NCBI GenBank assembly: GCA_002633005.1
Contig: NMRA01000559.1
Location: 212,867 to 276,866 of the forward strand
DNA: 64,000 nucleotides
Source: Phoronis australis
Lineage: Eukaryota; Animalia; Phoronida
Direction of reading: 5' to 3'
Shown: piece by piece, positions 50,001-62,000 of the stretch
How positions within the stretch are numbered: position 1 is the stretch's first letter
How the letters are laid out: each line of letters begins with the position of its first letter
Made by a program: the position numbers and the translations under genes
The notes under the pieces: model-generated
Told to the model about the DNA's origin: nothing
Database searches by the model: none
What the model saw: the letters and a program-made list of their open reading frames with translations, nothing else

Positions 50001-52628
50001 AATCGGTGCCAAAAATGACACACCTGGTTGTGTCAAATATTAACTGGGATCTGTTCCATAAAAGTGGTAACTATTTCTGAAAATAGTTAAAACTCATTTG
50101 AGCAAATGTACAAAGTATCTGAGAATATACTCATGACTGCTGAGAAAATCTGTACTTATTCAAGGCAGTGATGTGCTAGAAATTGCATTGACTTAACCTA
50201 TACGTGGTAGTTATGACATGTGAGCGTACGACCAAACTTCTGACTCAAGTCTAAAGTCTTTTTCATGAAACAGATCCCTGGTCTAAAATGTTTACAGACT
50301 GTCAGTTCCCACAAGTGACGTCTAATTTCAGTAAGCAGCAAGTCCAGTCTATTAATACTGAGTGGTATGAACAAACAGTCAGTTAAGAGAATTTATAGTA
50401 TCTCTAAATACAAGATTTTTGCTTAAAGAGGAACATTTCACTGTTGGTGTAATTTTTGGCCATATTAATATTAAAGGTATACTAATCATCAATGTAGGTA
50501 GTAACAAAACCTCAAATGATTCATTGTGCCGTTCCACCTATTTCGTGTTCTCTTGGTTATGTTACTACAACAACGTTGTGAGCCGTCGACTTTAGTCCAT
50601 ATTTTCATAATGTAATGAGTAGGTTGTGAAACATTTGAGTTTTACCAGTCATCACAGAATTTTACGTAGATGTCAGTTTCACGTTGTACTTAGTGTTTTT
50701 CTTGTAGATTGTACAATTTCATCTACTTTAATCAAATAGTTCTCTAGTTCTCAACCTTGAAATTCAACAGAGTTTCATCACCCATAAGCACGTTTTTCAT
50801 GCATTTCTTTTCTACTAGAACCCATTGCAGTTGTAGCTAAATCTCAATAAAATCGTGACAGGTGTGTCACGCACTTTGTCGAAATCGCGTCAACTTGCCT
50901 TGTAACTCCAATCACTGGCTAGTTGCAATGTTGTCACATTAAACTTCACCTAATGTTCAACAAAAATGGTATTTTATTGTGACAAAATTTTGACTAAACT
51001 GTAAAACAAAGGCTGGCAAGAAGTTATCCAAGTTTTGCAGAGTCTGACTGGGTTCTCTAAGTCTGCTGAGAACTGCTGTTGCTCTATGCCTTGGAATGTT
51101 TATGTTTATTAGTTTATTGACTGCCAACTCTCTATTATATTCTCAATGCACGAAATCTGTGATCTTTCACTCAAGCCTCAACCAACACTATTGGGCACAA
51201 TGTCACTATTCACTAGTGACACCTGGTGAGATGCACGTTTCACTTCTGACTAGTTTGTTGTCTGCTCACTAATCGGAAGCCGAGTGGTGCGTTGGAAGAG
51301 AATTGTACCTTCTCTGGGAATTTCGTATGAAATATCGGGGTTGCGCAACTTTTGTCAATGATCTATGGTTTAATGTTTGTTTCAGGATGGAAAACCTAAG
51401 ATACTTGATTCCTGTTCCCTTCCGTTGACAGGGAAGAACTGTGTGGACATGATTATTACTGAAAAAGTAGGTCAAAAGTTCATAACCAGTGTTGGACATG
51501 GGTAAATTCAGTTACATTTCAAGATACTTTAACAGACATCAAAGGTCATGCTCTTGCAAAAGACACTTTATGTATTTGATTAATAATCCTAATGTGTACA
51601 ACCTGTTGTGTGGGCGCTTAAAAATATAGGCAGGTGGCCTGGTGCCTTCTGTGGTGCATCAGGCATGCTTAGGCCATGCAGTTAGGCCTATTACACTAAT
51701 CACCTGATCAAGACTCAAAGGGATTCCTCAGCATGAGGGCCCTTACTCAATTAATGAATTGAAGTTTGTACCTTTGCACACAGAGGGTTCTCAAATACCA
51801 AATGTTATTCATTGGCAAACTCACCCACACTTGACGTTGATGGGACTCGAACCTTATTGCCTGTCACTCTCGTTAGTCACTGTTATCTGGAATATCATGA
51901 GTGGATTGTACAGTGTGTAGTCATACATAATTAGATTTGAGTGTCTGTTTTCTCCTGCAAACAATGCAGATTATGAATTACGCCCATCAAATGCCATCAG
52001 AGTGGAAATGTCAAGTTGCATGGGAAGCACATGCTTGCTAATGCCACCTATGGGAAGACGCCGTCATCAGAAATGATTGTGTACCAAACGATGAACAGTT
52101 TATTGAGCTGTTTGTTGTCATATCTAAGTGAAATATCTGGCCCGTCTTGTCTGAAACTGTTTTGCCGCTCGTTTCAGTGTGTATTTGAAGTCGATAAGGA
52201 GAAAGGTTTGTTATTGACTGAACTGGCCGAGGGCGTTACCATCACTGATGTTCTGGAATTGACTGGTTGTGAGTTTCAGGTAAGATTGTAAGGAGTTGCT
52301 CCCACTGGAATGAATAAAATTTTATTCACGATTGGTCTTATCTAAACTGTCTACATTTAACATCAGTCTGCTGATTGACCGTAATTGTCTTTTGTACATT
52401 AATAAATTATTTTTGAGCTTTATTCTGAGATTCTCCAAAACTTAACGTTTAACAAGAAAAAGGACACTAGGTGGAGCATCCGTGCCTTACATTTGTTTGA
52501 GAAATTAAGTCTGAAGCTTGAGTCAAGAATTCAGCTACAATCCCGACGCACACAGATCCAATCATTACAAACCTTCTTTGTGCTTTTTTCAGGTGGCAGA
52601 AAATCTCAAAACAATGAAGATCGAATGA
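34985..52628 (+). CDS. OXCT1: Succinyl-CoA:3-ketoacid CoA transferase (SCOT), 3' part: ten coding exons, 331 aa plus stop; 5' exons not found in the window
   Basis: Exons 34985-35091, 41496-41664, 43254-43365, 44748-44842, 46037-46158, 47740-47815, 49748-49843, 51386-51466, 52178-52279, 52593-52628 join in frame with GT-AG ends. Contains catalytic LQSENG and KGMGGAMDL motifs. Confidence 0.96.
35332..36549 (+). mobile_element. 5' half of the same DNA element family: left TIR through the N-terminal part of the HIRAN-like ORF
   Basis: Begins TA-CCGTATTTGCCCAAATAAGCGC, an imperfect inverse of the 33862 end. Continuity of the interior is inferred. Confidence 0.55.
36317..36549 (+). pseudogene. 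Frameshifted HIRAN-domain-like ORF remnant
   Basis: Three consecutive frames give [21 protein letters not shown] / [28 protein letters not shown] / [16 protein letters not shown], resembling HIRAN motifs RGxH.Y, NPxD and GHVP. Confidence 0.7.
39019..39438. mobile_element. PIF/Harbinger-like MITE (copy 2)
   Basis: Collinear with 16405-16826 (aaacagtcccaaatagg.actcgactaagttccctaaa). Confidence 0.75.
39470..39790 (+). repeat. Degenerate fragment of the same HINE family
   Basis: ccccctagtggc and ttttcatgaaatttg blocks. Confidence 0.55.
40205..41518. other. Near-identical ~650-bp direct duplication joined at a single N (40875); probable uncollapsed haplotype overlap
   Basis: 40205-40874 versus 40876-41518 differ by scattered substitutions and one 27-bp indel. 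Confidence 0.85.
41496..41664 (+). CDS. OXCT1: OXCT1 coding exon ([25 protein letters not shown]...YEKRIE)
   Basis: cag acceptor, gtgagg donor, 169 nt, phase-compatible with neighbours. Confidence 0.94.
43254..43365 (+). CDS. OXCT1: OXCT1 coding exon (RLTLTRDG...[13 protein letters not shown])
   Basis: cag acceptor; donor is GTATCCTTT (U12 consensus); 112 nt. Confidence 0.93.
43660..44190. repeat. Inverted copy of the dispersed repeat at 28400-29000, inside the U12 intron
   Basis: Reverse-complement similarity as above. Confidence 0.7.
44224..44545. repeat. Degenerate G-rich minisatellite, about 24-bp unit
   Basis: gacatgacagggtggagcttag-like units. Confidence 0.7.
44748..44842 (+). CDS. 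OXCT1: OXCT1 coding exon with catalytic Glu ([32 protein letters not shown])
   Basis: 95 nt, gtgagt donor, SENG motif. Confidence 0.95.
46037..46158 (+). CDS. OXCT1: OXCT1 coding exon ([22 protein letters not shown]...DESFAMIRG)
   Basis: 122 nt, cag acceptor and gtattt donor. Confidence 0.94.
47740..47815 (+). CDS. OXCT1: OXCT1 coding exon ([25 protein letters not shown])
   Basis: 76 nt, cag acceptor and gtgtgt donor. Confidence 0.95.
49058..49328. repeat. Minisatellite, about 55-bp unit, five copies
   Basis: ccatgtgcta...acacagg.tag...ggatcca recurs. Confidence 0.9.
49748..49843 (+). CDS. OXCT1: OXCT1 coding exon ([32 protein letters not shown])
   Basis: 96 nt, cag acceptor and gtgaga donor. 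Confidence 0.95.
49882..49977 (+). pseudogene. Degenerate tandem copy (pseudo-exon) of the preceding OXCT1 exon
   Basis: Ungapped alignment to 49748-49843, 66/96 nt identical by hand count; reads [32 protein letters not shown]. Confidence 0.8.
50047..50277. mobile_element. Harbinger-like MITE
   Basis: TIR GGATCTGTTCCATAAAA / TTTTCATGAAACAGATCC with CTG on both flanks. Confidence 0.7.
51386..51466 (+). CDS. OXCT1: OXCT1 coding exon ([27 protein letters not shown])
   Basis: 81 nt, cag acceptor and gtaggt donor. Confidence 0.94.
52178..52279 (+). CDS. OXCT1: OXCT1 coding exon ([34 protein letters not shown])
   Basis: 102 nt, cag acceptor and gtaaga donor. Confidence 0.94.
52593..52628 (+). 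CDS. OXCT1: OXCT1 terminal coding exon ([11 protein letters not shown])
   Basis: Strong polypyrimidine-cag acceptor; matches the short SCOT C-terminus; TGA at 52626-52628. Confidence 0.88.
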   Translation: MAENLKTMKIE

Positions 52629-53598
52629 AGACACCAGGCAGTGAATTTAAGGCTTCTCTGATATTTTCTCGGAAATATTTTTATGGTCATTGGAAGAGAA
52701 GTGTGCGTCATCACGATTGAATACATTTAATGCTCATTGTCATTTTCTGTTATCAATTCTGTTGTTTTGTGAAATCAATTCTGACTTGTTTTTGAAAAGT
52801 TGTGCTCGTTTCAAATTATGGTAGACCTCGTTTTTGTCAGTTGTCAGAAAATTCATCGGTGAAAGGCACAAAAATAAGGGATTTGTGTGTTTTGACTTTT
52901 TAATTGACTAAAAGTTCCCCTTTGTCGATTACCACGTTCTGTAGTTGTTTTTTGTAGAGTTTGGTTTGGTTTTTAAATTGGTGTTAATTTCTAATGTATT
53001 AATTATGGGAGGAGTGAATTTCTACTCTTTGTCATCCTCATCGCATAATCCATGATCGTGGGTATTGTTTTAGAAACTAAATAACAGCGATAAGTTACAG
53101 TCCTTTAAAACTGAACGTCTTGCGTTGCGGCATTCGTGTGTTAAAGGCGTCAGTGTAATTTTGCTTGTATACATGATGTAGTAACATACAACATGTTTGA
53201 CTTGTTGGCATTGAAAGATTTGCTTGTTATCTCAGTAATAGCCCTTATGCAGCGATTTTTAAATTTGTTTCAACATAAAAATCGAGTCCACATAATTGTC
53301 TTTTCAGAGTGTAGGTTTATAAAACTTTGCCTTGTTCATTTCACAAAAACACTTTTTTGTCATAGATGACTCATCTGTTTTGCAATCATAAGTGTATTAT
53401 CTTCATATACGCTCCTTCGTCTTCCAAAATTGTCTCGTTTTAATTTCTGCCTGGTTTATTCATCTGTTTTAACATATTAAATAACTTACTATACCAACAG
53501 AAAGTAGACATTGACAATCTGATCATGTACTGGTGTAATGTTTATTTGGCAGCTAGGTTTGAAGACAGGGAGATGAATATTTTGTTTGGAAAATTCTT

Positions 53599-53775
53599 AA
53601 TAAATGTGGTGAAAGTATATACTTGTACTTTTGGTGTACTTCTATCACTGACGAAGAATCTGAACGTGGATTTAGGCCACTAATTGCAGTAAATTTGATC
53701 TCTACTTGTTCTTATTCAGACAAAATTTTTGTACTTGCACTTTGTTGTTATTCAACGCCATGTTTGGCAAATAAA
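53599..53775 (+). terminator. Candidate OXCT1 polyadenylation signals
   Basis: AATAAA at 53599-53604 and 53770-53775 after a T-rich region typical of a 3' UTR. Confidence 0.35.
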
Positions 53776-55713
53776 ATGAAAGGTCGTGTCAAGTCAATGT
53801 ATTATAGCCAATTTTAGTTATTGGAACCATCGGTTGGCAGCAAGGACCATGTTGATGGCAAACTGTTCTCATGTATACAGTATTTTAGTCTTTCCGCAAC
53901 AGGTACTTGAAAGCATGACCCAAAACTATTTTTTAATTTTGGGGGTTGTGAGAAAGAATTTGCCCGAAAACCTTAATGTATTTCCTCCATAGTATCAATT
54001 TGATATAATTGTAGATTTGTTTAATTTATCTGGTACTAGTATCATGTTCGGTAGTTTATGTGTGGTTTTATTATTGGAGGTTTACTCATTCAGTCTCGTT
54101 GCAAATATGAAATTAAAGATAGCACATTTGTCACAGAGGTCCCTTCCCTGTAGATTCCCAATATTTATTGACGTGATTGGATGTGTTTGCATTTTCCTAG
54201 TTTTTTAACCTTTCGTTAGGTCAAATGAAAGGTGGATATTTGTCCACTTCCCCTGGCGTTATGGTAGTGATGAGGGGTGCATTTTGGAAACACTAGAATC
54301 TCGCGAAAATGCAGGACTTCACAAGATATCACCACGAAGTACACCCACAGCGTGTGATCATACTAGCTTCTTGCGTCATACTCTTGCTTCTAAAGAACTG
54401 GGCCCGGGTACAGCATAGCAGGAATACGTCTAAGATTTGTAAGATCTCATGCTGGTTTGTTCAGGTCGTGCAAGGTCATAAACCTCATGGGTGGTTATGC
54501 CCCCAGATTTACCCCTTTTCTGCCAAGTATGAGAACCTGCAACTGGCCATTAGGTACAGTCTGGTGAAAAGTGTACATTGCGTATATCTGTGGTAAACCC
54601 AAAATTGTTTTCACAAAGCTCCTCGGCATATCCAGAGGGCGTTTGGGTACTTGAGTCCCTAAACCAAGTTGTAGCATCCTTACTGATTCACAGAATAACA
54701 TTGTAGCACTCTTCAAAATACCGGAATCACCGAGAAGCTATGTGTAGAGAAAGAAACGGATTGGAAAAATTCCATAATAAATTACTTGTTTTCAAATCAA
54801 GGGGAACGAATATCAAACAATGACATTTTTTTCGTTACAAAAGACAAAGTATATATTAAATTACACATTATTTACACAACAGTGAAAAATATTGACATTC
54901 CTCATCAGATTCCAATTGACTAAAACGTGATGTAGACCAAGGTTACCTGTAAAATCCATGAAAATAGCAGTATGCGAAAACGTGGCCTAAATGTGTTCTG
55001 TCAGCTTTTTATCCAGTCAAGAAATCACAAAAAATAGTATAAATTTTGCATTAGCTGAGACTGCAGAAGTACTGTAAATTAATAACATGAAAGTTAGAGA
55101 ACAAGAACAGTGTGAAAAATAAACTTATAAATAGCTACACACATCGACTAGTGGCTCCCTCTATTGAACTAGCCTAGTTCCAATTGGCTGATGGCCATAT
55201 TGCTTTCGGTGAATAAACTAACAACGTATCAATTCCAACTTCTTCAGTTCGGACTTTAGCAATATCCAATTGTAAGGTCTTTCCCAATGGTACAATGTTG
55301 ACAAAAGAAAACTGGCAAATGTTACACGCCTAGCTTTCAGCCGCGTCATGAACCGTTGCATTGACAGTTCCAGCTGAAGCTGTAGAGAACTTCATTACAA
55401 AACAAAACCTGAGCTTTCAGACATTAGAAATTCTATCTAGAAATTGAATTTTGAAGGCAACTGACATCTGAATAAAACTAATGGCTGATAAAGAAACCTC
55501 AAAACCATCAACACAAAAGTGTACGTCTAAAAGGTAGACTAGGTCATGTGTTGCTAAGAGATTGCTAATTATACTTGTCTGACTTAGCACGTAGTGGTAT
55601 TCTGCAAACTCGAATGAAAAGCAAAAAATAAAAACTGATGTAGAATTACAGTAGGCTGTGAGTCCAGAATGATATTTGTGATACTCACAGCATAAAGACA
55701 GCTGTGTTAATTG

Positions 55714-55985
55714 TGGATGGCTACAAGCACAGTGTTATCCTGGAGGGTACTGGGTGTTATGTGTGTAAACCTCTAAGATACAAGTTGTCGAGTTCATTTT
55801 AATGGATGGCTATGAACGGGGCGTTATATTCGGGATTCCTGGGTGAAGTACCAGCACTCATACTCAAAGTTGCAGACTGTTATGTTCTTTACAGACTGTT
55901 GTGTCCATTACAGATGGCTATGAACGGGGTGTTATCCTCGGCGTCCTAGGTGTAATATCTGTACCACCCAGAGCCGCAAGTTGTT
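55714..55985 (-). repeat. Three degenerate tandem units: the last SPATA1 codons plus two copies in the 3' UTR
   Basis: Plus-strand GATGGCTA...GTTAT...AAGTTG pattern recurs near 55716, 55805 and 55913. Confidence 0.75.
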
Positions 55986-56070
55986 GCGTTCTCACGAGAT
56001 TGACGTTTATCTTCTTCTGAGACAGCTCTGCCCGCAAAGCTCTCAGTTCAGTTTCAGCTTGATTTCTCAA
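55918..56070 (-). CDS. SPATA1: SPATA1-like terminal coding exon (LRNQAETELRALRAELSQKK...TPRTPRITPRS*)
   Basis: cag acceptor; TAG stop at 55920-55918. Confidence 0.87.
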   Translation of the reverse strand: MRNQAETELRALRAELSQKKINVNLVRTQQLAALGGTDITPRTPRITPRS

Positions 56071-59000
56071 CTGAAATAATACAACAATGTTCAAGACATT
56101 AAAGTTACGAAAGTCAACAAACGAAATCTTTTCACTGAAAAGCTATTTACTTATCAATAACTCAAGGTAAACATGTAGCAATAACAAGGCCAAGTGAAAG
56201 TCGTGAACGTAGAAAAAATTAAAATGCATCGTGTAGTGGCAAACTTAAGGCAATCCATTTGGTTAGGATTATAAATGCAAACTTGCTGTTCAAAAAACTC
56301 CAAAATGTGTTCCAGGCAACACGGAGGTTTTTAAAGATGGTGCTGTAAGTGGCTTTGACGAGGACAGTAACCGTTACTGGTGGTAATTACTGTTTCTTTG
56401 ACGAATATGTACCATCCAGGAAACTATAGAATGTGACGTAAACAGACCAGCGAAGGGCTCACATCTGGGATCTGCATTCACTTAATCAATGCACATGTGC
56501 CATTTTTGTGTTCGTAGTTTAAGGGTTGGCCAACTCCAATCAACCCTGAAGCGTTTCATTGTGTTGCTGAGGGTTACGGTGTTCTTGTTGGTAACAGAAT
56601 GCTGTCATAGCAAGAAATGTTACGAGATAGATTTTCATTTTTTAGCCAGCTAAACAGGGCAAAATGCAGCTGCTTCAAAAAAATTTATGGGGATTGACAA
56701 TGGGCTTAAATTAGGTGGGCGCACTGAAAACATTGAATGCTTAGTAATTTTACAATAAATCCCAACTTCATTTCTAGAATAATATAATCCAGTGTTTGAA
56801 CTATTTGCACCAACTTCAAAATTAGGTCAGGCCAAAATCGCAAACTTCAAGTTCTTGTAATAAATCAAATTGGCGGTTGTGAACCTCTCTGTTGAAGAAA
56901 TCACTAAAGACTATTCACTCCATGGTTTTATCATACATAGTTAGTAACAAAGTTACAGTAACTCATGATAAAACCAAAACAAACCACAGCAATGGTTATC
57001 CAAGATAACGCTGAATGGGGCTTTAAAAAGGAGACTTAAATTCAGGAATGAGCGATAAACTGAATGTGGGCAATAACAGCCCCCCACCCCCCAAGCTCCC
57101 CACCTCAAAGTGGTTTCGAGACGTTACCTTCATTTCTGCTGTAAGTTTGACTTTAGCCGTTTCAACCTTCCTCTTCAATTCGTCGTTGTCGTGAATCAGC
57201 TTTGTGGCCTGGATTTTATAATTGTTCTGAAAAATAACTGAAGGGTTAGCAAAACAACACATTCAAGATGACTAAACGTGTAACTCAGGTATTACAATAG
57301 TCATTGCATTTCGTTTCAATATCCAGTAGGTTCACTACGACAAAAAACAACTTAATTGAATACCTAAAGTTGATCCTTTTCATTCAGAAAATTTGCTACG
57401 TGTCAACACACACAATCTCATACTGCACTACTTCAGAGAATGACATTTATAACGGAGACTGCATGTATCCTAGTGCCCTCTATAGGACTTCTAGCTCCTC
57501 TATTCAAAACACAACTCGGTACAAGTACAAGCTGTGGTCACCTTGATTGAAGGGTTTCCAGCCGTCTTCTTGCTGGTCTTGTCCTTGTTGACTTCCAGCT
57601 GAGCCATCAGTTTACGATGTAACATGTCCACCTCGTTGCGTAGTCGTGCACTCTCATCTTCCAACGGGCCAGTCTTCTTTTTCTCATCAAAATACTTCTT
57701 CTTCCACATATCCCGAGCTGCAGGTATGAGGCAACATCAAATATTAATTATACAGTCAAGTTTCATAACTTTTTTATCGAAATTTTAGACTAACTGCCAA
57801 ATGGGTTATTAAAAATGGCGCCATGTTCATCTTTAAATCCCATAGCTCCCCACAATAGTGCCATCAGAGTAATAACAATTGTAGTAATTAGACTAGGAAA
57901 TAGTAATTAGTAATCACGATAGCAATAAATAGTAATTACAAAACAGTACCATACCCAATCCACTTTGGACAATGCCTATGGCGTTTACGGCGAAATATTG
58001 AAAAACCAGTAAGTGGGCATTGAGGTAAACTTAAATAAGTAAACATGGTAGATTTTTCAAATTTTGGGTTTGGGTTTGTGTATGGTAAATAATGGTTTCT
58101 AATAATAAAGATACCTAAAGTACAAGACAAAAGTAATCAGAAAACATACGTCATGACGGCTAAATCAGTCATAACAGCAAAACTGACAGCAAAATTATCA
58201 CGAGAGCAAAATTATGATTACATAATGGCATAGCCAACTCACTAGACTCTCCTATTAATAGTCCTTCATTCTCAGTCGCGAGAGGTCTCCACTCTGTCAA
58301 AGAATTTGGCTTCTGCCCAGCAGTCACAACGGGCAATTCTGGGTCGTTTTGTCAGAATACTTTTGGCGTTTACTGTATATTATTATTTAAGTAATATTAC
58401 TGGACAGAACTTCAAATGGAAATGTCCGTGTTCTCTACTCCCCCCTCCTGTTGTCCCCAACCCTCACCTTGGCTCCGCCTGTTGTTCGTCTTAGTCTGCA
58501 TGGCTTTCGCCCGTCTGACCAACTCTTCACGTTTCCGCTCGGCCTCATTACGCTCCTGCCGCGCCTGCTCAATCTCCTCCAAAAGCTTGTCTCCTAGGTA
58601 ACCAAATAAGTCACAAGTTTAGTAAGAAAGCATTCTGTAGACCTAGTTTCTTGCTAGAAATTTTAAAGCAAAATCTCACAAGATTTAAAAACAAGTGTTT
58701 CATGAAAACACTCGGAAGCTTACAAGCTTGTCCTAGCAAAACGGCAGTCACTAAAGTGATTGTTCAGTGAGCTTAGAGTGTTAAATTATGGGATTGCATT
58801 TTGTGTTTCCATTTGATAAGTGAAGTTTTTTTCGATGAGAGTGCAAGCTAGCACCTTGCAGTCTTAGGAACTCTACCAAGGTCTAATTAGTCAGAGTATT
58901 TCGATAAGCAACTTTTCTTTAAGACATGATTTGTTCAATAATAATTACACAGCCTTGATTGGCAGTCTCTCCAGTTGACGGAAGTGGGATCTTACATCAG

Positions 59001-62000
59001 GTGTCAAGTTTGTACAGCAATTGTCCCAATTATGTGACCTTGAAATAACACCAGTATTATTGACTTCCGAGACCTCAGAACAATTGCTGTACAACTGAGA
59101 CCCGACGCCCGAGGCTCAACTTGACCTTCAATATTGGAGACAGTAACAACTAAAGGCTGTTCAGTGCAAGTGGAATGTTACGTTGAACACAAAGATCTAG
59201 CTAGCGTCTAGTAATAACTGCAGTAAAAAAGCACTTTCAACAAAAATTTAAACCCATATTCATGAACACTGCTTGCTATGGAAAATTGGATTTTTAACAA
59301 AACATCCCTTTTGTCTTATGAAAAAAAGCTTTTCACTTCTCTGAAGTCACCAACTGTTACTATGTATTCTATAAGACAACTTTGGAATTTCGGTTTTCAT
59401 ATTTATTTCAATGTATTAAACAATGTAATATTTCAAGTTAAAATATATGATGCTATACGATGGTTATTAATGTATTAATGCAGCACAATCCATATTTCAA
59501 ACTTCAGGAGGAAGCTGAAATTTTTTTAGGATCTGTTTGACCTGAGGTGACCTACTTTCTTCTAGCCTTGCTTGATTGACTGCCTCTGAATCCCCACTCT
59601 CCAGGTCTAACAGCGGGGGGCTGGGGAACTCGTCTCCTCCACCAGAGCCATCCTGAAATGTTTAAGTGATTGTTATTTATTAATAAAGACAGCCAAATTC
59701 ATCATATAGACATTGACATGATGAATTTTTGTATATTGATGTGTTTTTTTGTAACTATACCTGAACGTGTGGTAAATATATTTAATTTAGAAAACAAAGA
59801 ATTTTATTTTATGCATTTTTTTAACAAAATGAAAACAACACCATAAACGTTTGTTGTCTTCAACTGTTGTGACAACATAACCAAGCATTTGTAGCAACAA
59901 AGTCAACTTTTGAGAAGATTGCAAAATTGAAGAATATTTATCACTCACAGTAGATTTTTGCTTTAATTTGGATTTTTGTTTTATTGGACAATTCGGCATG
60001 CATTTGGGATGGCTTCCACAGATATATAAAACACAACTTTCATGTTGGTTGCTTTTCCAAATATTTCGAATTTTCTTTAATTGGTTGTCATGATATGCTT
60101 GAACTTGGAATTATATATTCGTTAAAGCAATCAGGTGAACTTTAATTGTTGTTCATTGTAAAGAATTTCTTGTAATTATTGACCCCATGATCACGCACTT
60201 TCTTCTTCACCCCAACTTGTGTCACACAATCAGAGGAATTTGTGCAGAATAGCTTATCACTTAACAGTTGATTGCCAATAGTTGAAAAAAGTCAATGAAG
60301 GTTATTTAAAATTTATATTATTTTATGAACAGGCGATTTGCTTTAGTGCAGTGCAATCAATGTGAACGTGTGGCAAGTCTACTCGAGTATTCCAAGTTCA
60401 TAGATACGTGATCTTGAGATCAAAGGGAACTCCAAGTGCAAGAACAGCAGTCCTACTTATATTATGCAATAACGTTATATTTTAACACTTTTTCAGCACA
60501 TACTTCATTATAGAACAATAAAACAAAATGTGAAAAGACAAATCTCGTATCAAAGATATAACAGGTTTACCTACCTCTTGTACATGATTACTAAACTGCT
60601 TATTGGAATGATTCGGTTTATCAGGCTGTCCATTTTCCTGCCAAGCCTCAGGATCTCGATGAGAGACACCTTGTGTACTCCTGGAAAGTTAAGTTTGTGG
60701 TATATGGGCCATTTGTTCCATCAGTCAGCTTTAAGGCAACTTTAGTAGGGTGGTTTGAGGAATTTGCATCCCAATGAACCTTAACATGAAACAGTAATTT
60801 TGATCTTACAGCAATGTACAATGAAAAAAGACATAATTTTGGCAAAAATACGTTGATGATATGCAAATCAGATTTCAGGTAGTTTCTCTTCACATTGTTG
60901 AGATGAAAGGTCTCGTTATATGCCAATCTGGACCAATCTGGTCTTTTTTGAGCAACAAAAAATAAGCCTCGGAGGTTGCAGAAATGGTTTGGTAAAACTG
61001 TTATCAAGTGGTTCAGGTAGTACAAGGAATCCAATCAAATTTCGAAAATTATTCAAAGAATTTTAGTGGTTTTAAAAACCCCAAATAAGCCGAATGGAAA
61101 CAACGCCTTTAAAAATTTGAATCAATGTGCTTCTGCGAGACAGGAAGGGACCATCATCTAAATTCCTATAGGTCTACATGTGAATGTTATGAAACTACAT
61201 TCATTTTTTAATATTTTAACAAGAATAGCCTGACCAGCACTGAGCTCTACTTTCTAGGGTTGCAGGGGGGGGGAGGCTTAAGCTGACCCTCAGTAAATGA
61301 GCACAGTGTCAAAAATGTTTTTCCTGTCATATATTTTACCAACTGAATGAGTAAAGTTGCCATCCATAAAATCTGTCATGCCACTGCTAAGAGCAAGGAG
61401 GCGAGACGATTATTAATTGAATGCTTTAAATTTACAAAAATGACAGAATACAAACTTCTACCTCACAGGTACAGTTAAAAATTCTTCAGCTTGGGTCACA
61501 CAATGTGGTGGACATGTGACATTTCTTTTTGTCAAATTTCTCAACAAAAATAAAGTTTCGGGAAAATTTACTTTGCATTTAGCACAGTTTGCATGGTGTA
61601 GCTATTATCAAACAACATTTGATAAAAATTTTGAGCATTTTCAACAATGTGATACTAGTAAGCCTCTGAAAAATAGAAAAGTGGAAATTTTAGCAATTAT
61701 TTTTGTCCCAAATTGAAAATATTTACATCAAATCACTAATGTGATAAAATGTCTCGCGACATTAGTAAGGACTCACCAATTTAGGACACTATACGACTAG
61801 TGAAATTTTATTTTCCCATTTTTCCATGGAAGACGTGTAGCACCAAACTGATGTTTTTCATGAACAGGTTCTGTACCACAGTTGCTGTAGGGCAGCATTT
61901 TGAGGAACTGTAGACAATCACAACATGGGTGGAAGTTCTTGAAAATTAAAAAGGGCATATTTAGCAATCTTGTACTTTGTCCCAAATTGGTGACGTAATT

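Noticed and set aside
53646-53680. CTGACGA followed by a short stem, resembling a hammerhead
   Set aside because: No GAAA after the stem and no stem I or III pairing.
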